Origin: Octopus vulgaris
Lineage: Eukaryota
DNA length: 64,000 bases
Assembly: GCA_951406725.2 (NCBI GenBank)
Contig: OX597826.1
Coordinates: 72,602,001 to 72,666,000 of the forward strand
Reading direction: 5' to 3'
Positions 1-12,427 of the stretch are shown here, piece after piece. A program made the translations under genes and the position numbers. The number at the start of each line of letters is the position of its first letter. Positions within the stretch are counted from its first letter, which is position 1. The notes under the pieces were generated by a model, which saw only the letters and a list, made by a program, of their open reading frames with translations, did not search any database and was not told the DNA's origin.

Positions 1-218
1 GTAGGGTAGGTATGAGATGCCAGATCTGGTCAGTTGCAATATAAAACGGTAAATATTTTGGTCAAATATGGCCAGTTTGAATTCTAAGGGGCTAAACAAC
101 TACAGCTGTAGAGAAGAATGTAGCTTGATAAATATACTTGTAGTATCTCTGTAATAAGAGAAAAAAGAAGATATTTAACAATCTTTCTCTTTATTTTGTA
201 AATTATCAGAATTTAATT

Positions 219-620
219 ACAAGGAAACAAAGAAACAGACAAAGAAAAAAGTGGTGGGGGGAATTAAGCAGCAGAAGATGAAGTGGGGAGGGAGCAATGA
301 GCCTCACACCCCAGAACAAATGGTGTGTTCAGCTGCACCCTGTGGTCATGGCCGCAATAGTGATGCAGTGGAGAAATGCCAGCGACATTCATTGCAGCAA
401 CCACTCCACCTTGTGGGACTCATTTCTCAGATGGGCCACTGTTAACCCTATTATGCAGGTGAAAATGGTAGCACTGGCTCCAAGAACACCTGAGGTCTCA
501 ATGGCGACCAGCACAAACTGATAGCCATCAGTCAAGCCCCTACATTTAATTATTTCCTCTTCCATTTGCAGTTGGACTGCATAATTAAACTTTATAACAT
601 CCTTTGTTTTCCTGATCATT
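219..620. repeat. unclassified interspersed repeat; second copy at about 6398-6670
   Basis: caaggaaacaaagaaa...gggaattaag(c/t)agcagaagatg...tgaggtctc...gaccagcacaaactgatag is shared in the same orientation by both loci. Confidence 0.75.
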
Positions 621-1879
621 GATCATGCTTGATTGTTTTCACCATTTTTTGGAACCTTTTAGAAGCGTTAACCTGGAAACCAATGTTCACATTGATTATA
701 CGTTTGAGATTATGTAATTCAATTAAACTAGCTGTAGTTATTTTCAATTTTGTATACAATAAGAATTCAGAGTTTACTACATAAAGAGCATTAGATCAAC
801 ATCATCATCATCATTATTATTTAAGGTTGGGAGCTGGCAGAAACATTAGCATGCTGGGTGAAATGCTTAGTGACATTTTGTCCATCTTTTCATTCTGAGT
901 TCAAATTCCACTGGGGTCAACTTTGCCCTTCATCCTTTTATGGGTTGATAAATTAAGTGCCAGTGAAACACAGGGCTTGATGTAATTGACTAGTCCCTTC
1001 CTCCGAAATTTTAGACCTTGTACCTTTAGTAGAAGGAATTATTATTATTATTATTATTATAGAATTGGTGGTGTGTTAAATTTAATTCCTTGCAATATCC
1101 AGTTGTCTGTTTAAGTTTCTGTGTTCAATCTGCTATAGTTGATTTTGTCACTCCTCCATCTGGGATCAATAAGTATCAGTCATGTACTTGGTTTGATCTA
1201 ATCAAGTGTACCCATCCCAAACGTTTTGGTCTTATGACTAAGTTAGCAATTATTATTGTCATTAAGATGATAAAGTGACAGAAATTGTAGCACACCAAAC
1301 TAAATTCCAAACATCATTTAGTTTTGCTCTAAACATTCTGAGTTCAATCTTACCAGAATCAAATCTGCCTCTCATTTTCTAGGGTTGATGTATGTGTGCA
1401 GTGTTCACTTTGTTCACTTTTGGGGATGTAGGCTTATGTTTCTATGCTAATTCAGTTTTGGTTTGTTGTTTCTGGTGCTATTTTGGTCTTTCTGTTGTGT
1501 AAACTATGTGCAGTATTGGTTGTGTTATTTTGTTGCTTCATGATTATGTTTCATATGTGCAGTATAATTGGTGTTATGTGTTCTAATGTTGGAGAGTCAT
1601 CATCATCATTATTGTTGTTCGACCGTGGTCGAGACTTTCATAGTCTTTTCAAATGGCTAATAATGTGTGCGCGCGCCACTACTACACACATTGGAAAGCA
1701 TTGTACAACCAAGTACTAAAGAAGATCTTTCCTCCTCCATGAAACAAAGCTGTTCCCGCTGGACGTTGGAGAGTGCTTGTGTTAAATGTGCAATCTGTAT
1801 TGCATTAACGTGTTGCAACCACATAGAATGTGAGTTCTAGCACCAGGTGTCTGTTATATAAGAGTATGTATTGTGTTTA

Positions 1880-2280
1880 TTGGATGATGGTTGTGTAGGC
1901 TGTTTGTTGTGGTTATGTAGAGGAATTATTTGTTGTGGTCATGCTAGAGATAGTATTACTTTAGACTGAAGTGGTTATATTGGGGACACTATCAATTTAC
2001 ATTAGTGGTGGTGGTTTTGTTAGGAACTGTCATTTTAAACTATAAAATGAGATCATGTTGAGGACATTATTATTTTAGATGGGAGTGATCATAATGGAAA
2101 TCCTATCATCATAAATTGCTGTTGAGGGCCTTACCATTTTTGAATTGGTTGAGGTTATGCTGGGGTCACTGCTATTTTAGATTGTTGTATTTATATTAGA
2201 GACATTGCCTTTTAAACTGTTATCAGGATCATGGTAGGAAAATGATTATATTAAATTTTTAGGATGGTGGTAGTGATTGT
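1880..2280. repeat. degenerate minisatellite, unit about 35-37 bp
   Basis: Recurrent motif like ttttagattg..gtggttat(a/g)ttggggacactatca, roughly ten decayed copies. Confidence 0.6.
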
Positions 2281-3419
2281 TTATATTGATGGTCATTAAG
2301 AATAATGTAATTCTAGGAAAAGAGTGATTAACACATTTGAAGGAAAAAAAGGGAATATAATGTTTGTAATGGTTTCAGATTTTGGTACAAGACCAGCAAT
2401 TTCAGGTCATTTACATTGACCCCCACATCCCAGTGTTTAACTGGTGCTTAATTTATTGATCCTGAAAGGATGAAAAGCAAAGTTGACCGTGGCAGAATTT
2501 GAACTCAAAATGCTGCTAAGCATTTACTCCAATATGCTAATGATTCTGTTTGCTTACTGCCTTTTTGTTTGTAAAAGGAATATTTACTTTGGCAGCAGGA
2601 AGTGAATTGGTAGAGCCATTTGTGCATTAGATAGAATGCTTTGTGATATTTGTTTTAGTTCTCTGCAGTCTGAGTTCAAAACCATGCCAAGTTCAACTTT
2701 TCCTTTCATCTTTTTGTGATTGATATAGTAACAGTCCAGATTAGTGGATTGGCAAACTTTAGAGAGTGTAGGATGGGTTACTTTATGGTATCTGTTCTAG
2801 CTCTGATGGCAAAGCCTGCTATGATACTGATACCAAGCTTTATTAAGCCCTTGCCTTTCCTTTGGACAACTGAGAAGAGGGAAGACTTGACTGCTGGTCT
2901 TCCATGAAAAGCCTTTTGTAGGCCTGCACCTTTGATAGGAACTTTCTAGGTGCATGTTCATGGTCTCACAAGACATCCTGAAGCCCCAGTGACAGGAGGA
3001 ATAGCAGTGATGTTTATTAACTGGTTTTAGGCAATGTTTTGAGAGAAGCAGGGAATGGTTGTAGTCATGGCAAAAGACAAAGACAGTGATGTCATAACAT
3101 GATGGTGATTCACTCCATGTGGAGTGTTGGTTCATGGAGAATATCTTCTGAGGGATTGACTTCTGTCCCCTGTGTTTGGATGCATGTGTATGTGTTGGAA
3201 GATGCACACTTTTAAGCTTCTATCTCCTGCAAATCCTAAAAGTCTTTGTAATAAGATAAGTTTGTGTGTTGTGAGATGAGGTGAAATCTAATATTTAGAT
3301 AGGAGCCTTCTCTGAAAATGTGGAGTGAGATAGAGACAAAGCTAAGCTATCTTCACTCATTGATAACAATTTAACAAATCGGGACAGGTTAAAATATGAG
3401 AATAAAATGACCGAGAAGT

Positions 3420-3610
3420 TGTTTTTTAGCCTTGGGTCAACCCTAACTGAACAAATCTTTGATTAAAGGTACGACCATCTCATCTTTTTCTTATGTACAG
3501 TAAAACCAACTCTTCATTATCTAACATGTACTTTTTATAAGATGATAGGGTCTGGTTTGGCTACTGTTTCTAGCATATGAAGCAACCATGTAGAAGCTCT
3601 CTTGTTGCTT
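3420..3610 (+). repeat. unclassified interspersed repeat family; other copies near 4400(-), 6030, 9690, 11440, 13375, 37500(-), 53810(-), 54010, 59420, 63405
   Basis: Recurrent ttgtttagccccaggtcagccctgat..agcagacctatgatcaaagg...gatttggctgctatttctagcaggtcaagc. Confidence 0.7.
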
Positions 3611-4623
3611 AATAATGATTGAAGTAGAGGTGATAGGTGTAGTTTGTAAGATGAATCATAGTAAAGTGGGTGCTAGCTTACTTGATAAGGTGAACCGAAT
3701 AATTTGAATAAAAATTATACCCTTAATCATGAGAGCAATCATTTTCTAAATGACTAATTGTGGTCAATAACTAAATAAATAAATAAAGAGTAGGAAAAAC
3801 AACCCCATCAAATTTTTATTCATTAAAATTAATTAAATGCTGTTTTGTAGGGTAAGATGAATAGTTATGTAGCCAGGTTGTCTGTCATAACGAGTAACTT
3901 TGTGCTTGGGTTTTGTTAACTTTATTGAAGTGAGTGGGTGAATGACATCAGGAAATAATGACTAAATCTTAATCCCCCTTGCTTGCATTAAGCAGAAATA
4001 TAATAATAAAGCAAGTATTAGAAACAAAAAGTACAGAAAAAGAAAAAAAGAATTGTAAAGAAACTTCCCAGTCATAGAAAATACAGATCTAGTTTGTTTG
4101 CTAGTTGAGCTGGATGTGCTGGTTGACCTCTCCTAAACTTCCCACACCTGTTCTATTATGTTAATCCTTCCACCCACTTTCAGTACACAATAGAAGGCTG
4201 TATAGACTTTTCTGGCTCTTCCCCTGTACCTTCCCTTAATCTCACCCTTTAAACATTACAATTCGAACCACCAAGGCTACTATAATAACTTATTTCATAA
4301 TCACTGCTACCACTTTCTTCGAACTGTCCACCCACCACCACCACCACCACCAATACAATCAAATCCCCTTAACCACCTTTTATCACAATCATTGCTACCT
4401 GTGGTCACTCAACCTGCTAGAAATAGCAACCAAATTGCACCCAACAATTTTTAAGTAGGAAGGACAACTCATGCTTATAAAACTATGTTGATCATGACTG
4501 GAATCCCTTTGATTATAGGTTTGCTTAATCAAGCTGACCTGGGGCTGAACAATGGCAACAAAGGCCCCCACTTCTCATCACTATCGTCATGGTACACATA
4601 ATATACAGCGGTATCATTTAATT

Positions 4624-5019
4624 TAATGTTTCTCGACCATTTTTTTACACATGGGCCCTTCTGATTCTTATTATTTTACTCAATGGACCATTCGATGTTT
4701 TAAAAATCCTATTATATTTTTGTAATTAAATATTGTTAGGAATTGTATAAAAACAAATATCAAAATATTTTGTGTATTACTCTTTTACTCTTTTACTTGT
4801 TTCAGTCATTTGACTGTGGCCATGCTGGAGCACCGCCTTTAGTTGAACAAATTGACACCAGAACTTATTCTATCAGTCTCTTTTGCCGAACCGCTAAGTT
4901 ACGGTGACGTAAACACACCAGCATCGGTTGTCAAGTATTACCAATTTATTACACATGAGTTTTAACAAAGCCTTGTATGGACCCCTAGGGGTCATGTGGA
5001 CCATAGTTGAGAACCACTG
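4624..5019. mobile_element. hAT (Charlie-like) MITE interrupted by a SINE 3' fragment (about 4779-4935)
   Basis: Homologous to 23660-23891. Right TIR gttgagaaccactg; decayed 8-bp flanks atttaatt/acttaatt. Confidence 0.7.
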
Positions 5020-5026
5020 ACTTAAT

Positions 5027-5252
5027 TTAACCCTTTAGTATTTGGATTACTCTGTCAAATGTAATGCTTGGTTATTCACAATGTTTTGAATTAATCATGT
5101 ATTATCTCATAGCTTCAAAATTTCGACGATGTGATTGTTTACTTTTCAAATGACATTGTAGGGTAGGTGTGAGAGGCTGGATCTAATCAGTTTGAACATA
5201 AAGTAAGTAGGATATTTTGGTCAGGTGTGGCTGGTTTAAATGCTAAAGGGCC
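5027..5252. mobile_element. TTAA-flanked MITE (piggyBac-like ends); copies at 1-96, 19824-20045, 24602-24823, 35789-36020, 48937-49150
   Basis: ttaaccctttag(c/t)att ... aatgctaaaggg(ttaa) terminal inverted repeats and a shared interior of about 220 bp. Confidence 0.75.
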
Positions 5253-5664
5253 AAAGAGAATAGCATACTGATGATTAAATGTTGTTTTTTTTTCCTCCAT
5301 GTAATCATGATACAGACTATATGTGAGTCAAAAAATAATTCTTTTGGATCATTTTGGTTTGACACACCAAACCTAATTTCTTTGAAAATCTCTACACCAG
5401 TGTAGTTTTCATGCTAATTACAAAAATGCTTACCATTTTTCAAAATTAATAATAAAATAGCTATGCACCTTTAAAAAAAAAATTGAAAGATTTTTTTTAG
5501 AATTTCAGCCAATCTCAATACTCCAAAATTGGAATTGTCATTGCTCCCTTAGCATTGAAGGAAACTTCTACATGGTAGTTAAATGTGGGAGAAATAGTAG
5601 CCAAATCTCTTAAAAACAAAAGGTATTTGATTGATTTGCTAGAAATAGAGAAATATTTTGCAAA

Positions 5665-6068
5665 TTACTGTTGGATGAAGACTGACCTGTGGTTAAACAA
5701 TAACAATAGCACCACCACCAACACTATCTGGTAGCTGTAGTGATGGTTTAAAGGCGATGGTGGTGGTATTATGTATAACCTCACCACCATCACTACCACC
5801 AGATCTGCTTCCACCACTGCAATGACAACAGCAACCACTGCAACAATCTCCAAAACCACCACTACCTCCATGAAAATTAACACAACCACTACAAAATCAT
5901 TGATTTGGTTGTTGTCATTGTGGTAGTTGCAGTGGTGGTGATAGTAGTAAGGTTTCATACACTATACCACCACCATCACTCCTACCTAAACCATCTCTAT
6001 AACCACCAGATAGTAGTAGTAGTAGTATTGTTATTGTTTAGCCCCAGGTCAGTCCTCATCCAGCACTG
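5665..6068. repeat. long imperfect inverted repeat (foldback), arms about 170 bp
   Basis: tgttggatgaagactgacctgtggttaaacaataacaata... matches the reverse complement of ...tattgttattgtttagccccaggtcagtcctcatccagca; similarity continues inward to a short spacer. Confidence 0.85.
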
Positions 6069-8228
6069 ATATAAAGGATACTTCTCAGCTATCTCTATCA
6101 TGTTAATTGAACACCTTTCATTTTAGGATAATAGGCTGTGATTTGAAGGAGATTTGGCTGCTACCTCTGGCAGGTCAAGCTAACATGTTGAAGTGTCTGG
6201 CTACTGATTGAGACATATGGCAATTCTGACTTCCAGCATGTTGAGATTGGCTGCATCAGATTGGTTGAAATTCTAAAACATTTAAATCATTAAGCATTTG
6301 TGACTTTTTTTTATTATTAATTTATTTCTCCAAAATAATGGTTATGATTTCCCTAATTGTAGTTTTATTTATGTAAAGATTAAATCACACTTTAAATACA
6401 AGGAAACAAAGAAAAAGAAACAAAAGGAGGGAATTAAGTAGCAGAAGATGGGGGTGGGGTACGGAGCACACCTCAGAACAAATGGCATTGTTGTGGAGAA
6501 TGGCAGAAATATTTGCTGCACCTTGTGTGGGTTTATTTCTCAGTCAGGCCACAGTTGTCCTGATTTTGCAGAGGAAATTGGCAATGCAGGGTCTGCAAAC
6601 ACTTGAGGTCTCGACAGTGACCAGCACAAACTGATAGGGGTCAGTTAAGCTCTTATGTTTCCTTAATTCATCATCATCATCGTTTAATGTCCGCTTTCCA
6701 TACTAGCATGGGTTAGACGATTTTGACTGAGGGCTGGCGAACCACCAGGCTTCAATCTTGATCTGGCAGAGTTTCTACTGCTGGATGCCCTTCCTAACGC
6801 CAACCACTAAATTGGCATGGAAAACTACATCTGTGTAGAAAATTTTAGGCAAATCAAATCTGTAATGTCAAACTGAAAAGATGTCATGTTTGTTCCGATT
6901 GTGTTCTGTGTTCTAGTGCTACTGAGGACAACTTTGCCTCTCATCTTTTGGGGTCAATAAAAAAAAAAGTACTAATCCAATATATTGGATTGGAAGGACT
7001 GTAAGAACATCATAACAGACACTTTGTGGTACTTGTTCCAGCTCTTTGTGTTCTGGGTGGTGGAGACACGTGGCTTAGTGGTTAGGGTGTTGGACACATG
7101 ATTGTAAGATTGTGGTTTCAGTTCTTGGACTGGGTAATACATTGTGTTCTTGAGCAAAACACTTCATTTCACATTGCTCCAGTCCACTTAGCTGGCAAAA
7201 ATGAGTACTTCCTGCAATGGTCTAGTGTCCCATCCAGGTGGCGAATATATATGCCATGAAAACCCGGAAACTGACCCTTATGAGTCAGTATGATTCAAGA
7301 AGGTAACTTTGCTTTACTACATGGGTAGTGGACTTAATCTGTTTCCTTGTTTAACATGAGCTCCTGCATCTTGAGTGTCTTTCGTTAAATCCATTCTGTT
7401 GCAAACATTCAGACCAAGTTCTTGGTTTGAAGGTACCTTCCTCTCTCCCTTCTATCAGACTTAGAAACTCTACAAAGGGTCTTGATGGGACAGGGTAGGG
7501 GTGGTGAATAGATGATTGTACAAACGAAAGAGAAGACCACTCACCACATTACTAAAAGTCTCACCTATTTAAACATTTCATCTGATCATTCAGACACATC
7601 AATATTGAATGATAAGGCAGCCATGGCTTCTGAATAGGGCTGATTGTCACTGAACAATAAGTAAGACTTGCTCCCATTGGCCATTTCAGGTTGTATGATA
7701 GAATTGGTATATCAGTAATTGCTGGTAGAGTGGCAGAAACTCTCTTGTAGTGGTTAGGCATAATCTTTCTTGCTTTTGTTAGAAATTCTGGTACAGGCTT
7801 TGCTGTGTGGTTAAAAAGCTCACTTCACAACCATATGGTTTCTGGTTCAGTGTCACCGCATGGTATCTCGGACAAATATCTTCTACACAAGGCCAACCAA
7901 TGCCTTGTGAATGAATTTGGTAGGCAGAATCTGTGTTGAAGCCCATCATATATGTGTGTGTGTGTTTGTATTTGTTTCTCCCACCAACTACTTGACAACT
8001 GGTGTTGGTTTGTTTATGTTCCTGTAAATTAGTGGTTCTGCAAAAGAAACCTGGAGAGTAAGTGCCAAACCTAAAAAAAAAAAATACTGAGATTGATTTG
8101 TTCAGTTAAACTTTTCAAGGTGGTGCCCCAGCATGGCTGTTGTCGAATAACCAAACCAAGTTAAAGGTAACAGATAAAAGAAGTAAATTAAATTTTCAGT
8201 CAAGATTTATGGGATAATATTAACAATT

Positions 8229-8620
8229 CATCATCATCATCATCATCGTTTAGCATCCGTTTTCCATGCTAGCATGGGTTGGACGGTTCAACTGGGGTCT
8301 GTGAAGCCGGAAGGCTTCATCAGGCCTAGTCAGATCTGGCAGTGTTTCTACGGCTGGATGCCCTTCCTAACGCCAACCACTCTGTGAGTGTAGTGGGTGC
8401 TTTTTACGTGCCACCCGCACAGGTGCCAGACAGAGCTGGCAAATGGCCACGAATGGATGGTGCTTTTTATGTGCCACCGGCACGGGGGCCAGGCGAGGCT
8501 GGCAACGGACATGAACGGATGGTGCTTTTTACGTGCCACCGGAACGAGGCCAGTCGGGGCGGCGCTGGCAATGGTCATGAACGGATGGTTCTCTTACATG
8601 CCACCGGCACTGGTAACACA
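8229..8620 (-). mobile_element. 5'-truncated RTE-type LINE 3' end with (ATG)n tail and internal ~62-bp tandem repeats; related ends at 6669, 15300(+), 24859, 35090(+), 48391, 57620(+)
   Basis: (cat)n-cgttta.c.tccgttttccatgctagcatgggttggacg...gctggatgcccttcctaacgccaacc. The same 3' end is attached to RTE coding sequence at 20146-21346. Confidence 0.75.
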
Positions 8621-10774
8621 TCAAAGTTGATAGCTTAAAATTAGTTCACAGAAATTTTTGTTGATGGCAACAATATGACAGGTCAGTTTCCTTGCTAAGA
8701 GGTACAGCGAACTGTTGCAATACATGCAGTCTCTCATAAAGACAAAAATCAGCAAATGCATGTTCTAGGCAAGTAAAGAGAGAGCCTTGTTGAGAATATT
8801 CCAGGTTATTCTGGACAAGCAGTTTTCCTGTTCCTCAAATCTTCACCTGAAATGAGGTAGAGAAGTGTGGTCTCCTGTCCCTCAACCTTGGGGTATCATC
8901 GGGTGCGGTTATGTATCTGGGATATTGTGCAGTGGTATGAATTTATTGGGATGGGATGTAATGTGCTGGTGAGTTATGGTGGAATATAATTTGGGGTGTT
9001 GATGTGGTAGTTGGAGTCTGACGTGTGATGTGGTAGTTTGGTTGGGATGTTGCAGTGCATGTGCAGTATATTAAGCCAATGGTGGGGTGTGTAGTGGGGG
9101 CAGTCTGTGTATGTTGTAGTGTATGGGGGTAAGCGGGAGTAAGGATGTGGTGTGTTGCTGAGTGTATGTCATGGTTGGGTGTAATGGGGTTAGTTATATA
9201 TATTGTGGTGGGGCGAGTGTTGTAGTTTGTCTATATAATTGTAGGGGTGTAGTGTGACTATGTAGATCTGTATGTGTGCAATGGTTGCTAGATGCAGTCT
9301 GCAATATGGCTGTCTATTACACATTGAATATATTCAGCTTTTGTGTCTGGTGCTATGAGATAGTTTATGATATGTTTTGTAGTTGTTTTAATTACTGTGG
9401 AGTTGGACTAAATCTACCTTGTGTGATATTCACAATGTCTAGAGCAGATAGACCTTTATATTATAACAGTGCTGTGTTTTGTTTGTTTAGGTCAAGTACA
9501 AGAGCTAATGATTTTAAGATGGTGTAGTAGTAATAGCAGTGGTAGTGGTAGGAGTGTTCTAGTCTGTTGCAGTAGTGCTCAGGTACATTGTAGTAATTAT
9601 TATATTAAATATTTTGGTTTGCTGCAGTAGTATGGGCTCTTGTAGTATTTGGTGTGGTGTTGTAGTCTGTTGAAGTAAGGCCTGTGATGGTTGTTTAGCT
9701 CGAGGTCAACCCTAATTAAGCAAAACCTATGATCAAAAGCGTTCCAGATATGACCATCCCATCTGTTTTCAGAATTATTGCATATGGCTATGTGGTAAGA
9801 AGCTTGCTTCCTAATCACATAGTTTCAGGTTCAGTCCCACTGCATGACACATTGGGCAAATGTCTTCTATAGCCTCAAGCCAATCAAAAGCTTGTGAGTG
9901 GATTAGCTTAGATGGAAACTGAAAGAAGCCCATCATGTGTGTGTATGTATGTGTGTGTGTCTGTGTTTGTTCTTCACTACTGCTTGGCAACCGGTGGTGG
10001 TGTGTTTATGTCCCTGTAACTTAGCTGTTTGGCATAAAAGACTGATAGGCTTTAAAAAAAGTCCTAGGGTCAATTTGACTAAAAACCCTTCAAAGCAGTG
10101 CCCCAGCATGGTCAAAGTGAAATGGCTGAAACAAGTAAAAGATAAAAGATAGGTCTAGATTATCCAATGTGTCCTTCCATTTTTTAAGATGGTACAGTGT
10201 GCTATGTGAGAGAAATTTGGCTGCTATTTCTAGCAGGTCAAGCAACCATATAGAGGCTTCTTCGTAGCAGTATTCCAGTATAATGCTGATGTGTCTAGTT
10301 AGTTTTAATTAGTTAGACACGTAGCTGTAAGGGCTGCAGCTGTGAACTGTGTTCTTTGTATATCTTGGCATTTTTGAATATGAATATTTTTTATTTATTG
10401 TGTATTCGATATACGAGAGTGCAGCTGTGTGTATGTGTGTGTGTGTGTGTGTTAATGTCTATGTGCACTTTCAAGTTAATTTAGTTTATTCTTGCACATA
10501 GTCCCCCCCAAAGATTAAATTACTGTGAATTAAGTCATACAAAATAACACATTGCAGATGCCTGCAGTTGGCATTAAATGCAAAGATAATGACAGTCGAC
10601 TATTTTTTTTAAAATTAAAAAATGTTAACGAAGGCACAGGCATGGCTATGCACTTAAGAAGCTCACTTTTCAGCCATGTGTCTGGCCTTGGGTTCAGTCT
10701 CACTGTGTGGCACCTTGGACAAGTTCTTTTACCATGTTCCTGGGATGACCATAGGCTTGTGAATGCAGTTAAAA

Positions 10775-11060
10775 CATATAATAATATTAATACTGAAATT
10801 ATTGTATACAGTGCTCAGGTGCACCACAACTTGTCAAAAGTGCATATAAAGCACATGCAGTAATGTACAAATGTCTGGAAAGCGAACAGTGTATGAGTCA
10901 GATACATGCTTGCGTGTGTATGGAGGGGAGAAAATCAGGTGTAGCGTTGGCAAATCTCAGGAAGCATGGAAGTTTTGAAGGATGCAGTGCTCCGACAACT
11001 AACAACTGATGCCGGCAGTTTGTTCCATGCTTCAGCAAATCTTAGCGTGAAAAAATGTTT
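10775..11060 (-). mobile_element. CR1-like LINE 3' end nested inside a SINE
   Basis: Minus strand encodes KHFFTLRFAEAWNKLPASVVSCRSTASFKTSMLPEICQRYT*, the CR1 ORF2 C-terminal FF..R....WN.LP..VV motif. The host SINE (10630-11335) resumes on both sides. Confidence 0.8.
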
Positions 11061-11685
11061 AATAGATGGAAACTGTGTGGAAGCCCATTGTGTGTGTGTA
11101 TATATGTATATGTATGTATTTGTTTTTGTGTTGGTATTTGTCCTACACTCACTGCTTGATGACTGGTGTTGTTTTGTTTATGTCTCCATAACTTAGCAGC
11201 TAGGCAAAAGTGGCCAATAGAATAAGTTCCAGACTTAGAAATAAGTACTGGGGTCTATTTGATTAACTAAACCTTTCAAGGTGGTGTCCAAGCATGACCA
11301 CAGTCCAATGAATGAAACAAGCAAAAGATAAAAGATGTACTTGTTTTAGATGTGTGATTGTAACGCTAGCCCTGTTTCCGGTGACTTATTTCCTACAAAT
11401 AGGAGTTACTTCTCATAGTTGTGTATGTTCAACCTGCCGTGTTGGCTGACCCAAGGACAACCTTTATACAACAAACCTAAGATTAAAGCCATGACTGTTT
11501 CATATTATTTTTAGATATGGTATAATCACAACCATAAATGTGTCCTTTCATTTTTTGTTTTTTATTGCAAGATGTAATTTCGAACAGGTTGGCTTGCAGT
11601 CTTTTATTGTGTTGTTTAGTATGGTTGTGAAAGAGAGGATGGATATGACACTGGAATAGACTTGGTTTTACTGTATAGTAATATT

Positions 11686-11900
11686 CTTTTCTACTCTAGG
11701 TACAAGGCCTGAAATTTTGGGGGAGGGGGCCAGTCGATTAGATCGACCCCAGTACACAACTGATATTTAATTTATCGATACCGAAAGGATGAAAGGCAAA
11801 GTTGACCTTGGTGGAATTTGAACTCAGAACATAAAGCCAGACGAAATACCGCTAAGTATTTTGCCCGGCATGCTAACATTTCTGCCAGCTCGCCACCTTA
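11686..11900 (-). mobile_element. SINE (ggcggcgagctggcagaa family) with 12-bp target-site duplication
   Basis: TSD tatagtaatatt at 11674-11685 and 11901-11912; internal cctttcatcctttcgg..tcgataaa core on the minus strand. Confidence 0.85.
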
Positions 11901-11980
11901 TATAGTAATATTGGTTTCAAATTTTGGTGCAGGACAGCAATTTTGAGGAGGGGGTGTAAGTTGATTACATTGACACTAGT

Positions 11981-12427
11981 CAGGGCTGGATTAAGACCCA
12001 TAGAGGCCCTAATGACTTTAAAGGTTTTGGTGCCCCTAAGTATATGTAAATGGTCCGAAATATAAACACAAATAATTCAAAATGTAAACGATAATAAACC
12101 ATATATATTTTAATTTTTTCAAAATGAAACAAAACTAACAGTAAGATGGAAAATAATGTTTATTTTTGTATTCTTCCACTTTATTTATATTTGAAAAGTT
12201 TTCTCCATTTTTTTTTAATTGCAAAGTGTTTGATGATATTGTTAAAATTAATTTTACGTAAAACTTCTGCTTCTATGCTTAGGAGAGATAAGGCATCACA
12301 ATTATTATTTTAGCAAGTTTAAAGTGATTTCTTTTGTGCTGTAAATTATTTACCATTTCTGTGGTGCCCCTGTCCCTTGATGCCCTAAGCACGTGCTTAT
12401 TTTGCTCAATGGGTTAATCCAGCACTG
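11981..12427 (-). mobile_element. non-autonomous hAT element retaining the transposase C-terminus, inserted in a SINE
   Basis: TIRs cagggctggattaa / ttaatccagcactg; 8-bp flanks acactagt/accccagt. Minus strand 12300-12181 encodes CDALSLLSIEAEVLRKINFNNIIKHFAIKKKWRKLFKYK*, resembling the hAT transposase C-terminal (dimerisation-region) end. Confidence 0.85.

Noticed and set aside
2797-3230. 136-aa minus-strand ORF
   Set aside because: No recognisable domain; the region looks like old LINE debris but is too decayed to assign with confidence.
8390-8620. Regularly spaced ggtgctttttacgtgccacc repeats (also 25020-25160 and 48555-48800) resembling a CRISPR array
   Set aside because: Eukaryotic intron with no cas genes; the spacers are similar to each other, and the repeats are part of an RTE LINE 3' UTR.
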